Assembly: GCA_958009085.1 (NCBI GenBank)
Contig: OY253670.1
Span: forward strand, 186,001-250,000
DNA length: 64,000 bases
Reading direction: 5' to 3'
Source: Protoeuglena noctilucae
Lineage: Eukaryota
How positions within the stretch are numbered: position 1 is the stretch's first letter; the number at the start of each line of letters is the position of its first letter. This document shows, piece by piece, positions 12,323 through 23,987 of this stretch. A model generated the notes under the pieces. It had not been told where the DNA came from and searched no databases. It saw only the letters and a program-made list of their open reading frames with translations. Position numbers and translations under genes: made by a program.

Positions 12323-13836
12323 TCAGCCGGGCTGACTGAGCCTGGCCCGTAGCTCCTCCACCCGACGCTCCACGGCACCCGGCTCTCCGCCCGTGTTGAC
12401 CAGGTCCGCGCCGCGGTCGGCCATCCGCAGCACAGCCTCGTGCCTCCCACGAGCCACGGCAATGCAGATGGGCGTCCTGCCCCCCCCGTCGCGCACCTCC
12501 AAATCTGCCCCGGCGTCCACCAGCAGGTCCACGCACGCGGCATGGTGGACCCAGTGCAGCGGCGTCTGGCCGTTGTCGTTGGCCGCATTGGCCTCCGCCC
12601 CCGCCGCCAGCAGCAGCCGCGTCATCTCCACGGCCTCGGCCTCACTCCCATGTCTCGCCACCGCGCAGTGGAGAGGCGTGTTAGCTGCCAAACCCCTGTA
12701 ACGGACGTCCGCGCCCAGGTCTATCAACGCGCGGACGGCGTCGACGCGACCTAAGACGCAAGTCATCTGGATGGGAGCGTTGCGGACCCCGCCGCCCTGG
12801 ACGTTCGCCCCGCGCGCCGCCAGCCACCGCACGACCTCCCCCGTCGCCGCGTAGTGCATCGCGGTCTCTCCACAGCCGTCGGTGGCAGTCACGTCGGCCT
12901 CCATCTCCTCCAGAACCTCCATCACAGCGAGGTCGCCTCTCCTGGCGGCTGTGAAGAGGGCCGAGGTGCCGCAGGGATGGACTGCGTCCACGTCCGCCCC
13001 CGCCTCCGCCAGCTGCCTCACGATGCCCGGCGTCGGCCGGCCCCCGCACACCGCAGCCAACATATAATCTTCGCCACTGCGCCCCAGCTTAACCGACGCC
13101 CCCGCCTCCAGCAGCGCCTCCACCACCGCCTCGTGACCCCCACGTCCGGCATGCACTACCGCCGTCCACCACGCCCTGCTGCAGTTGCCACTCCTTGCAT
13201 CCACCTCCGCCCCCGCCGCCAGGCACACCTTGACCGCCTCCAAGCAGCCCCGCCCCGCGCAGTACGTCATCAGCGGCCACGCTCTCTGCGTCCGCTCGTC
13301 GACGTCCGCACCCAACCCCACCGCCGCCCGCACCATTCGCGCCACCTCCCTGTCACCCAGCGCGTGCGCCCACTCCACCTTGCCGTCAGGCCCCCGCCCC
13401 ACCGGCCGCCGCGCCACCACGGCCACCATCAGCGGCGACTGGTCCATGTCCCGATTATTTCGCTCGGCCCATGGCATGGGGCGGGTATCCGACGCTCTCG
13501 CCACCAGCAGGGCCAGCCACCACAGCCCCAGGCTTGCCAGGTGGTGCGCGCGGGACCCCGAAAACACCCACACCGCCAGCGGACCGTAGTCAAGCATCGT
13601 TTCTCGCGCCCTTGATTTGAAACGGTTGCGTATATCCTCCCGCCTGTCCTCCGCTGTCGCCCGGATGCCCCACGCCCTCCACACCTCGTCCACCTCGTCG
13701 CGCGTCTCCCGCGACACCCCCCGCGCCGCCGTCGCGTCGCGCAGCGGGACCAGCCGCAGGATGTCGCGATGCATCTCCCCAGGCAGGTCATTCCACCCTG
13801 CGCGCGCGACCGGCCCACGCGGGGTGCCCTCACGAC
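12323..13836 (-). CDS. F-box-like + ankyrin-repeat protein, copy A
   Basis: Uninterrupted coding exon of about 1.5 kb. N-terminal [30 protein letters not shown], then about 8 ankyrin repeats ([42 protein letters not shown]). The start may lie in a small upstream exon (about 13900-14038). Confidence 0.88.
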
Positions 13837-14552
13837 CTGGCTAAAGCGTTGCGGGCAGGGGTGGTATCGCCGCAGGTGACCAGCCTACGTGTCGCTCACG
13901 CATACTGATCCCGGCTCCGTCGACCCGGGAACGTTGCGGCGCGGACGCCGTGGTGTCCAAGCTTCTCCAGCTCACTCCGCTCGCATGCTCGCGACCAACC
14001 AGGGCCAGGCTCGCATCCGGGGTTGCGATCGGGGACATTGACAGATGGCTCGGCCGACGCGCGCATCATCCCAGATGGCGGCGCAGCGGGGCAATCGCCG
14101 GCAGGCCTGGCGCGCACCCGACAAGGGGCCTCCCCCATGCGACCCGGGCACACTCGGACCCGGCGCAGTGCACATCTCGCGAGTTATCGGACGCGAGCCT
14201 GAGCCATCGGTCGCGAGCGCGCCGAGCGGAGTGAGCCGGAAGCCAGCTTGGACGTGACGCAGCTCGAGGCCTTGTCTGCGTCCGCGCCGCGACGTTCCGG
14301 GGCCGAGGGGCCCGAGTGCAAGGCGCGTGAGTGAAGCATGCAGCTGTTTGGCAGGACGGGGTCGGACGGGAGGCTTCCAACGCCGCGGCTGCGCTGGTTG
14401 GACGCGACGCGTGTTTGGGGGTTGTGACGTTGCGCAGCGGGCGTGTCCGCAGAGGAGGCCGCGATGCCGGGCGGTGCCAAGACCAAGCGAGCGTCGAGAA
14501 CCACGGGGAGGGGTCCGCACGTGGGTGAGGCGCGCAGAGGGAGGGCTTCGGG

Positions 14553-16112
14553 TTGCAAGGTCAGCAGCATCTGCCTCGTTGCGAACTTCTTGAGCCGGTC
14601 GCGCGCGCAGGGTGGAATGACCTGCCCGGGGATGTGCATCGCGACATCCTGCGGCTGGTCCCGCTGCGCGACGCGACGGCGGCGCGGGGGGTGTCGCGGG
14701 AGATGCGCGACGAGGTGGACGAGGTGTGGAGGGCGTGGGGCATCCGGGCGACGGCGCCGGTGGAGGGACCGCAAAAGTGCTTCTACGATCTCATTATGCG
14801 CAGGGAGCTCGATCATGAGCTCGACGGCGCCCCGCTGGTGGTGTACGCGCAGAACGAATCTCATGCGCACCACCTCGCGAGCCTGGGGCTGTGGTGGCTC
14901 GCGGTGCTGGTAACTGAGGCGGCCGACTTCAATGGCATGTCATGGGTCGTGCGTCCGGGTTGCGAGCGCGACCAGTCGCCGCTGACGCTGGCGGTGCTGG
15001 CGCGGCGGCCAGTGGAGCGGGGGGCGGATGGTGAGGTGGAGTGGGCGCACGCGCTGGGGGACGGGGAGGTGGCGCGAATGGTGCGGGCGGCGGTGGGGAT
15101 GGGGCCAGACGTCAACCGGCCTCTGCGTGGCGCATGGCCGCTGATGACGCACTGCGCGGGGCGGGGCTGCCTGGAGGCGGTCAAGGCGTGCCTGGCAGCG
15201 GGGGCAGAGGTGGATGCGCCGGGAAGTGATGGGTTCTGGGAGACGGTGCATGCCGGACGTGGGGGTCACAAGGCGGTGGTGGAGGCGCTGCTGGAGGCGG
15301 GGGCGTCGGCCCGCAGGGTCGTGCGCGATGTCGTGGACCGCACGTTGGCTGCGATGTGCGGGGGCCGACCGACGCCGGGGATCGTGAGGCGGCTGGCGGA
15401 GGCGGGGGCGGACGTGAATGCAGTGGATGACCGGGGTTATTCAGCCCTTCATTGTGCAGCTTTTCGGGGCAACGTGGCCGTAGTGGAGGCCCTGGTGGAT
15501 TTGGGGGCCGAGGTTGGTGTCACTATCATCATGGACGCCCATGGGCGCACCCCGATCCACGAGGCGGCGAATGGGGACGTGGTGCGGTTGCTGGCCGGGC
15601 GTGGGGCGAGCGTCCAGGGCAAAGAAAGAAACTTGTCCCCACTACAGATCGCATGCTTTGGTGGCCGCGTCGACGTCGTCCGCGCTCTGATCGAGCTGGG
15701 GGCGGACATTCATCACAGGAGCATAGGAGCTGAAACGGCTTTCCACGTGGCAGTGCGACATGACAATGTGGAGATGGTCGAGCAACAGGCTGTCGAGATG
15801 ACGAGGCTGCTGCTGGCGGCGGGGGCAGACCCCAAGGCTGCCAATGTGCATGGCTGCATGCCCCTACACGTTGCCAGCCACGCTGCATGCGTGGACCTGC
15901 TGCTCGACACCGGGGCAGTCCTGGAGGCGCGGGACATAGGGGGCAGGACGCCCATTTGCGTCGCTGCAACCACCTCGCCGCTCAAAGCCGAGGCGGTGCT
16001 GCGGATGGCCGACCGCGGCGCAGACCATGTCAACCCGGGCGGGGAGCCGGGGCTGGTGAAGCGCATAGTGGCGGGGCTGCAGGCCAAGCGCAGCGGCAGC
16101 CAGCTCGGATGA
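14553..16112 (+). CDS. F-box-like + ankyrin-repeat protein, copy B
   Basis: Paralog of copy [31 protein letters not shown]...GYSALHCAA, GRTPIHEAA, GCMPLHVA, GRTPICVAA. The true ATG is possibly at 14464 in a short first exon. Confidence 0.88.
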   Translation: MQGQQHLPRCELLEPVARAGWNDLPGDVHRDILRLVPLRDATAARGVSREMRDEVDEVWRAWGIRATAPVEGPQKCFYDLIMRRELDHELDGAPLVVYAQNESHAHHLASLGLWWLAVLVTEAADFNGMSWVVRPGCERDQSPLTLAVLARRPVERGADGEVEWAHALGDGEVARMVRAAVGMGPDVNRPLRGAWPLMTHCAGRGCLEAVKACLAAGAEVDAPGSDGFWETVHAGRGGHKAVVEALLEAGASARRVVRDVVDRTLAAMCGGRPTPGIVRRLAEAGADVNAVDDRGYSALHCAAFRGNVAVVEALVDLGAEVGVTIIMDAHGRTPIHEAANGDVVRLLAGRGASVQGKERNLSPLQIACFGGRVDVVRALIELGADIHHRSIGAETAFHVAVRHDNVEMVEQQAVEMTRLLLAAGADPKAANVHGCMPLHVASHAACVDLLLDTGAVLEARDIGGRTPICVAATTSPLKAEAVLRMADRGADHVNPGGEPGLVKRIVAGLQAKRSGSQLG

Positions 16113-16838
16113 CCAAGCATGCACGGTGAAGGCATGGAGTGGGGAAGGGGCAGAGTTGGAATGTGCTGCAGCGCTTGATGGATGCAGGAGGTGGCTGTGG
16201 TGGGCGGGCGCGTGCAAGTGGGTCTGACGGACTGCGCCGCTGAGTGCAGGTGGCCAACAGACCGGTGCCGGCGCAGGGTGGAGCAGGTCGAGTAGGCCGG
16301 GCATCCTGCAGAGGCGGCCCGCCCGGTGAGGCGGGCCGGCGCGTTCGGGCGGCGGTGCGGTGGGCTTGTGGTGCTGTGCCCGTATCGAGAGCATGCCGGG
16401 CACATCACGGGCAGTGCACAGGCGCAGCAACGTCTTCGACAGATGCCGATGCCGCTGCGTCTTTCTGTCTCGTCCTTTCCATCAGCTCAGACTGGGGCTG
16501 GCTGTGCTCTGTTGTCGAGAAACGGCTGTCGATGCCATTGGTCCGTCACAGATGACGCACGTTATCGTTCCTTTTCAATGAGGATTCGAGGAGAGGACGC
16601 GTAGGAATAGCTCAGGACCCTAACTGACAGAAGGAAGCCCCGCAAAGCAGGGCGAGCTAGTGGAAGAACAAGAGAAGAAGCAGATGGTCGCCGAGGTAGC
16701 GGCATTGGAGAGGAGTCTTGCCCCAACAAGCCCGCTTGGCCGGCTCAATGGGCGTGTGGATACTCTCAGCGCTTGGGGCGATTGCCTTGGCACGCAGCAA
16801 GCAGCTCCAGGTGCAGGTCCCAAAGGACGTGTCGTTTG

Positions 16839-17591
16839 TCATTCACCATCAGCTGCCATGCTGGATTCCATAAACACCTGAAGGCCACAACGGCAAAAGC
16901 TTGTGTGCTTGCAATGCACCACAGGGGTGTCCAGAGGTGTCCATGCTCGCAGCGGCCCTGTGATCCGCACCTGCATCACGTGGCTGTTGCCGTCATGCAG
17001 CAGCTCGATCGACCGGCCCCTCATCTTGTCCCACGAGAACTCCCCCTCGTTCGCGAGGTACGCCTTCCGCACCTGCGTGGTGTGGTGAGGGGCAGTGAAG
17101 GGCAGGGAGCGTCTCAATGGTCAGAAGTGCAGGCGCGGGGCGGGTCACCTCGAGTACTCGCAGGGCAACCTTGCGCAGCTCGGGGTCCTGGTCGCGGATG
17201 AGCTGGGACAACCACTCGGTTGGGCTCTCGATGGGGTGGTCCGCGATGTATGCCGACAGGGCTTTGTGCAGATGGCTGGACACCCCACCCTCGTTGTCCC
17301 ACCCCTCCTCCTGCGCCAGCACGATGCGCACGGCCACGAAGGTGGCCAGCCGCACCAATGCTGTCGCCGCCATGGTCTGCGGGCAGCGAGGTCGATGCTT
17401 CACCGTGATGGCCCCGTCCAGAGTTGCTGCTCATGATGCGGATGCGTCGTTCTTGCCTCCGGGTCTTTGCCCCCAAACGCATCCGTGGGGACCCTCATCG
17501 CTCCGGGTCTCTGAGCTCCTCTCCCTGAGCGCCACCATCTTGCAGCCATGTGTGCAGCATGAGCTGGACCACACGGGTTGACAATCCTCAT
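16839..17591 (-). CDS. RBCX: RbcX Rubisco assembly chaperone, plastid-targeted
   Basis: MRVPTDAFGGKDPE|TMAATALVRLATFVAVRIVLAQ...PTEWLSQLIR...VALRVLE|VRKAYL...EFSWDKM...NSHVM. This matches the green-algal RbcX pattern FxAxRxVLxQ / ALRxxEVRxAY. Confidence 0.85.
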
Positions 17592-17850
17592 GTCGAACGC
17601 AGGTCACCAACAATATTCACTGCAGGCCAGGCGGACCTCGAATCATCGCGAACTTGAAGTTTGGAACACGTTGCGCCGCCAGAGCAGTTCGTGCTCGCTC
17701 AGAAAGGCCTGTCGCACGAAGATTTGATAAAGACCAGAGTACTCATACCTTGAAATTCCACCTGCGAAGCTCGACCTTCCGCACTATTGCCTGCCCATCG
17801 TCCTATCACGCCCGGAGCCCTCGCGGCGCGGATACGTCCGTCGCTCTCAG

Positions 17851-19503
17851 CATGACGGCTGCTACCTCCTCCGGCTTCAGCCTCGGGTGCGACGTTATGT
17901 ACATCTGATCTCTGGTCATCACAGCTGGCCGCTTGAGCTCACACCGAGCTAACTGCGCCGATGCACGCAGAGGGGTGCAATTCGCGAACGCCAGCCAAGC
18001 CCAGAAAGTCCTTCTGACCATCCCCGATGCCATGATACAGCGTGTGTCCGGGGCGGAGCGTCACGTGCTCCACACGGGCCCCGTCGAGCTCTGCGAGGTC
18101 GCCGGGCCGGGCACGAACGGCGACCGCATCCGCGTCCAGAGCCCGAACGGCCTGGTCTCGTTCCCGGTGCATCCCGACACGCCTGCCCTCAAGGCAGCGG
18201 ACCTCGTCTACTCCTTCACCCCCGAGACGTCCTTCGACGACCCCGGCAACGCGAGGGGCGCCATCTTCGTCCTCGCGCTCTCGCAGACAACGAGCCGCGA
18301 CCTCGTCAAGGCCCTCGAGCTCGTCCTCGTCCAGTGCAGCGCCTTGGGAGCCGTAGCCGGCGTGGCGCTCCTCCTGTCCGACGCAGAGGTCGCAGAGGCC
18401 ACGTCCCGGCCAGGCATCCAGGTGAGCTTTGAGCTAACCCTAGCTGAGCTGTACGGCTGCGGCTCAGCTCGCCTCATCTCGCCCCCGCGTCCCCCCTCCA
18501 GGTGCCCCTGTCCTTCCGCCTCGTCAATGCTATCAGCTCCTTCTCCGACCGCCTGTCATCGGGGCTGGTGCAAGCTGGGGCCAAGGGCGCCGAGCTGCTG
18601 CGCCGCGCCTCGGAGCGGTACGCGGAGAGGGCCACGCCCAGCGAGAGACCCGCGCAGGCGAGTGGCGGCGATGGCTCATCCAGTAGGTGGGCTCATGGTG
18701 GGGTGTTCTTCGGCAACGGCTCATTCCTTTCATGCCAAAGTAGCCAGAGCTTTGGCCACATCGTGTTGCGCAGGTGCCGGAGGGCATTCGGGGAGCAGCT
18801 GCCACGATCAAGGCGGGGGCGCAAGTCGGGGTGGCCTTCACGGCAGCGGCGGGGGCTGCGGTGGCGGGGGCGGCGCGGGAGCTCGGCATGGTGGCGGCGA
18901 CGAAGATCAAGGAGTCGGAGATCACGCAGCGGCATTTACAGAACGAGCGGCTGCGGGGGGCCATCCGCGTGGGTGGCGCGACGCTGGCAGGGGTCGCAGA
19001 CGTCTACGCGGCGCTCGCCGAGGCCACGAGGCTCGTGCTCAGTGGCGCTGCCGACGCCGTATCGCAGGCGAGATGCGAGGGGTGCCGCCCCACCTGTTGC
19101 GCTGCACTGGGCTCCCGAGTCGGGTGGTTGATGGGAAGCTTCGTGGCTGCCAACGCAGGGTGTGACGCACAGGTACGGTCCAGCTGCTGGGACTGTCACT
19201 CGCGATGCGCTCGACTCGGCCCAGTCGCTGGCGACCATCGGGCGCAACGTCCGGGTCATTGCGGTGCGAGGCGTGGCCAAGCACGCTGCGGCGGGGATCG
19301 CCGCGGAGATCGCAGACGTACCCATCCAGCCGGGCACGTCCAACTCCAACGGGACCCCTCCGGCCGCGCTGCCGCTGCCATCGGGTCCGACGACTGCTTC
19401 GCCCGAGGGCACTTCGTCCCTGCCACGGGTGGAGGAGGAGCCTCGCCGGGAGGAGGAGCTTCAGGAGTCGGCCCCGCCCTTGCAAGAGCCGAAGGGAAAG
19501 TAG
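17851..19503 (+). CDS. Senescence/spartin-associated domain protein
   Basis: VLLTIPDA...SFPVHPDTPALK...YSF N-terminal module. C-terminal GLVQAGAKGAELLRRAS...VADVYAALAEATRLVL...VTHRYGPAAGTVTRDAL (spartin-C HRYG motif). Confidence 0.82.
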
Positions 19504-19777
19504 CCCGCACTTGCTAGCGTTCGTATCGGTGCGTTGCATTCTCTTTCCTACATCACGCCTTTCTGACGCACTTTCTGTAGCTCCTGTCGCTCTTTGAAAG
19601 GCTCTGCGGCTTTCATATCGTCAAGTTTAGGCATCTCTAGCTGCCGCCGTGACAGTGGCCAGCGTAGGCGGCGCCGTTGCGCGAGGACCCAGGCGCATCG
19701 CGTGTCTGCTTCAGCTTCCCGGCCCAGGAGGGGCCCCAGCGTTGTCGCGCTCGCTTGGGAGCTTTTTGGAGGTCAAG

Positions 19778-22700
19778 ATGGTTGAGCCGAAGATGAAAGG
19801 GGAGCTGGGTGACATCCGCACCCAGCTGCAGAACATCATGCGCGCGGGCAACAAGCCCGAGGTGCAGGGGAAGCGGCGCGAGGTGTTTCGCCGCATGATC
19901 AACTACATGAGGTGCGAAGCGCTCGAGGGGTACCGCAGCGAGCTTCGAAACGGGCGCTCGCGTCTGCGGGCGAGCCGAGAAGGGAGCGCGGCCCCGAGCA
20001 ATGCCCCGACCGCTTCCGGCCCCCGCAGCATGGGCATGGACATGTCGCCGCTGTTCATGGATTGCGTAAAGCATGCCGCGAGCACGAACGACCTGGTCAT
20101 CCGCAAGATGATGTACCTCTACCTCAGCAACTACGCCAAGAGGTGCGCGCGCAATGCCGCTCTTTCCGGACCCGAATCGCCCTTCTGCAGCTTGCTTGGG
20201 AACTATACTTCCGCATTCTGTTACCCGCTGGGCCGAATGCCCCGTTCCTCGCCCGCCATCGCCGCAGCAACCCGGAGCTGGCCCTGCTCACCATCAACAT
20301 CCTCCTCAAGGACTGCAACAACCCCGATCCGACCGTCCGGTCGCTCGCCCTGCGCTCTCTCACCAACCTCCGCGTCGCCAACCTTGCTCAGTACCTCGCC
20401 GTGCCCCTCCGGCAGGGCCTGCAGGACCAGTGAGTCGCGGGGGCGCTGGCCGCGCTGCGCCTCGTCTTGGCTCGCCCGTGGTTCTTTGCCGCGTTCTTTA
20501 CATCGTATAACATCCTCTGGGCTACTCGCGAGCGGCTGAGACCGTGCGTATGCGTGCAGGAGCCCGTTTGTGCGACGCACCGCCGTGCTGGGCGTGCTGA
20601 AGCTCGCGCGCCTGCGCCGGGAGGCCGTGCAGGACTACGGGCTGCTCGAGACGGTCAAGACCCTCCTGACGACGGATCCGGACGCGCAGGTCATCTCCAA
20701 CTGCCTGCTGGTGCTGCAGAGCATCCCCGGGTGTGCCCCCAAGCCCAACAAGTCGCTCGTCTACGCGCTTCTCAACCGCATTCGCGACTTCAGCGAGTGG
20801 TCCCAATGCCTCGCCCTCGATTTCGTCGCGCGGTGAGGCGGCCCAGGCCGTCCAGCGTCCCTCCTGTCGCAGACAGCAGCGGCTTCCTCGGCCGCTCATC
20901 ATCCCCTCCGCTCGTCTTTGATTTGCTCAGGTACACGCCCGAGTCCGAGAAGGAGGTCTTCGACATCCTCAACGCCCTGGAGGACCGCATGCAGCACGCC
21001 AACTCGGCCGTGGTCATGGCCGCCGCCAAGATCTTCCTCCTCCTCACGCTCCCCATGGTCTCGACGCACCAGGAGGTCCTCGAGCGAGTCAAGGCCCCGC
21101 TCCTCACGCATGCCACCTCCTCGACCCCGGAGGTGCGGACCAGCCGCGGTCACGCGTGCCCGATTGCCACTCAAACAGCATGCGCAACCCCTCACGCACA
21201 GCCGCCGTTCGCCGTGGCATGACTGCGTCCCGGGCCTGCGTCACTGCGCTTCGTGCTTCGCCCCTCTCGCAGACGGCCTACGCTGTGCTCTCCCACCTGC
21301 GCCTCCTGGCCCACCGTGCCCCGGTGCTCTTCTGCGGATCCTACAAGAGCTTCTTCTGCCGCTACAACGACCCCTCCTACGTCAAGTCCGTCAAGCTCGA
21401 CATCCTCTGCGCCATCGCCGACTCGTCCAACGCCTTCGACATCGTCACCGAAATCTGCGAGTACGTCGCGGACGTGAACGTCGGTGAGGGCCGGGGCGCA
21501 AGGGAACGGGGCTTAAGGTGTCTGCGCGTGGAGCCGTGCGTGACGCACGCAGCGTCTCGTTGCGGCGCTCGGATGGTCGGGTGTGGTCGCCCGCAACTGC
21601 GCTGAGCGAGAGCGCATAGGTTTGCTTGCCTGACGTGTACGCCTGTCGCCGCCCCCCATCTTCCCAGAGCTGTCCAAGGAGGGAGTGCGCGCAGTGGGCT
21701 TCATCGCCCAGTCGGTGCCAGACACCTCGGGCCTCGTGGAGCGCCTCCTCTCTTTCCTCGACATGGGAAGGCAGCACGTGGTGGCTGAGGTCATCAAGCA
21801 GCTCCCGGACATCGTCAGGCGAGCGCGGGCTCTTGCGGGGGCCGCAGCATGTGTGGGCTTGGGCCATGGGCATGTCATGTGTGACGGGCGACATCGGGCA
21901 CAGCGCCTGCAAAGGGCGAACCGCCTGCCAACTGCTTTGCCCTCTGTCCCAGGCGTTACCCGGAGTCGGTGGACCTGGTCGTCAACACGGCAGTCACCGT
22001 CGACCTCGCCCAGGTGTCGGACCCGGACGCACGGGCCGCCTTCATTTGGCTCCTGGGCACGCACGGCCAGGCACTGCGCAACACGCCGTACGTCCTCGAG
22101 GTGGCCGTCGAGCAGTTCGCATGTGAGCAGCGGGCCGTCTAATGGGGCGTACCTGCGGGGGCGCAGGACATGACATGTGCTGTTGCGTCTCATGACGCAC
22201 TGAGCGACTGCGTGGTTGCAAAGGCGGGGTGTATGACGTGGGCCGTGTTGAGATGTAATGACCCGTGCTCTGTCCACCCTGCAGCGGAGAGCATCTCTGG
22301 AAAGCTTGCGCTGCTCACGTCCTGCGCGCGCGTCTTCTTCCGCCGGCCCCACGAGATGAAGCCCACTTTGGGGGCCGCGCTGGCTGCGGGTGCCAGTGAC
22401 CCGAGCCGAGTTGTGGCGGAGAGGGCGGTCATGTACCACCGCCTGCTGCGGCAGGGAGTGGACGAGGCGGAGAAGGCGAGGGATGGAGGGATGCTGGGAG
22501 CATGGCTGTGGCATGGCTGCGTTGAGATTGCGAGGATACAGACACCCTTGCATCTGCTCCGCTGGACCAGAAGGGCTTCTCAGCCCTGGCGCACTTGGGT
22601 TGTAATGATTTGCTTCCCTGTCATTAATGTCATCGCCAGTCATCCTCCCTCTCGCTCGCAGATCATCGCTGCGGCGGTGCCCCAGGGATCCCACTTCCTG

Positions 22701-23831
22701 GACGAGGAGTCGGACGAGGTGCGGGACCGCATCTTCGCAGAGTTTAACACCCTCGCGGTGCCCTACGCGGCCCCGAGCTCCACCTTCGCTACGGAGGCGT
22801 TCGAAGCGCGGAGCGGAGCGGGGGCCGGGGGTGCGGGGAGTGCCGCGGGCGCGCCCCACGCCGCGCCGCGCACCGGCCCCGCGCATGGATACGACGAGGG
22901 TCCCGAGGAGGACCTTTTGGGCGCCAGCGACGACTTGCTTCTGTCAGACGCCGACCGGGCGGAGGCGGCGGGCACGGAGGTGCCGGCGGGACAGGGTGGG
23001 GCAGCCAAGGGCTCCAAGCTGGGTCCGATCGACCTGGAGGAGCTGCTGGGGGGCTTCGGGGGTGGCCCGGATGCGGGCGCGGGCGATGGCGGTGCAGCGG
23101 CACTCGCCGGGGGGATGGGCAACCCGGGGGGCGGCAGGCAAGCCTTCTTGGGTAGCTTGGACGACATGGAGCTGCTGCTGGGTGGGGGAGGGGCCGGGGG
23201 CGCGCCTGTGTCGATGGGCGTGCCTGCCGCTGCCCCAGCTGCGACGGGAGGCCTCGTGCCTGGGCCGGCGATGGGGCGAGAGGCGTTCCAGGCGGCGTGG
23301 GCGCAGGCGGCGGGTAGCGATGCGACGGTGGAGGTGGCCGTGGACCCCGTAGCGACGCTGGCGGTGGCGACGGAGCCGCAGCGGGTGCGACTGGCCCGCG
23401 ACTGGGCCGGGGATGCATGTGGACGGTCATCAGTCGCTCTCGACGCACTCCCCGCTCACACCTGCAGGTGTCTGCCGCGTGTGCTGCCAAGGGGCTGACC
23501 CTGGTCGAGCGTGGGGGCGACTTCCCGGTCTTCCGTCTCATGTTGCATTCCAGGGGCCAGGGAGGGTCGCAGGCCTACTGCGAGGTGAGTGGATGGAAGG
23601 CGCTTGCCAGCGCGACACAGGGCGACATGTGTGGAGCAGGGTTAAAGCGAACCAGTACCTTGCAACGGTGCACCTAAGCTGGCTTTCTTTTCCTGGTGAT
23701 CTCAGGCGTTAGTGGACGCCAACTACGGCACGGCAAAGGTCCACGTGCGCACGGTGCCGCCCGGGTCGCTCCCCACGGCGACGGTCGCGGCTGCGCTTAA
23801 GAACGCGTTTGCTGAGCTGGCGGCATCCTAA
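19778..23831 (+). CDS. AP4B1: AP-4 complex beta subunit (beta-adaptin-like A), about 12 exons
   Basis: KGELGDIRTQL...KRREVFRRMINYMSMGMDMS...RKMMYLYLSNYAKSNPELALLTIN...DPTVRSLALRSL...RIRDFSEWSQC...FFCRYNDPSYVK...FFRRPHEM...EFNTLAVPY. Confidence 0.9.
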
Positions 23832-23987
23832 CCCTAGTCCTGGTCTAGATGGGCTTGTTAGGGCTAAATGCTTGCTTCGCGCTGGCCACGGATGTTTGAG
23901 CGATAGGCTTGCTGAAGTTATGCACGGCTGGAGCGTGATGCGTGCCGGTGGGTTTAGTGCAAAAGCGCCGCTTGTGCGGTTCTGCGA

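Larger units (their letters stand above)
12179..16252. repeat. Inverted segmental duplication: arms about 12179-13814 and 14594-16252, unique spacer about 780 nt
   Basis: Both arms begin GCCGGTCGCGCGCGCAGGGTGGAATGACCTGCC. They also share an exact 22-mer, ACTGCGCCGCTGAGTGCAGGTG, downstream of the stops (12179-12200 reverse; 16231-16252). Confidence 0.92.
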
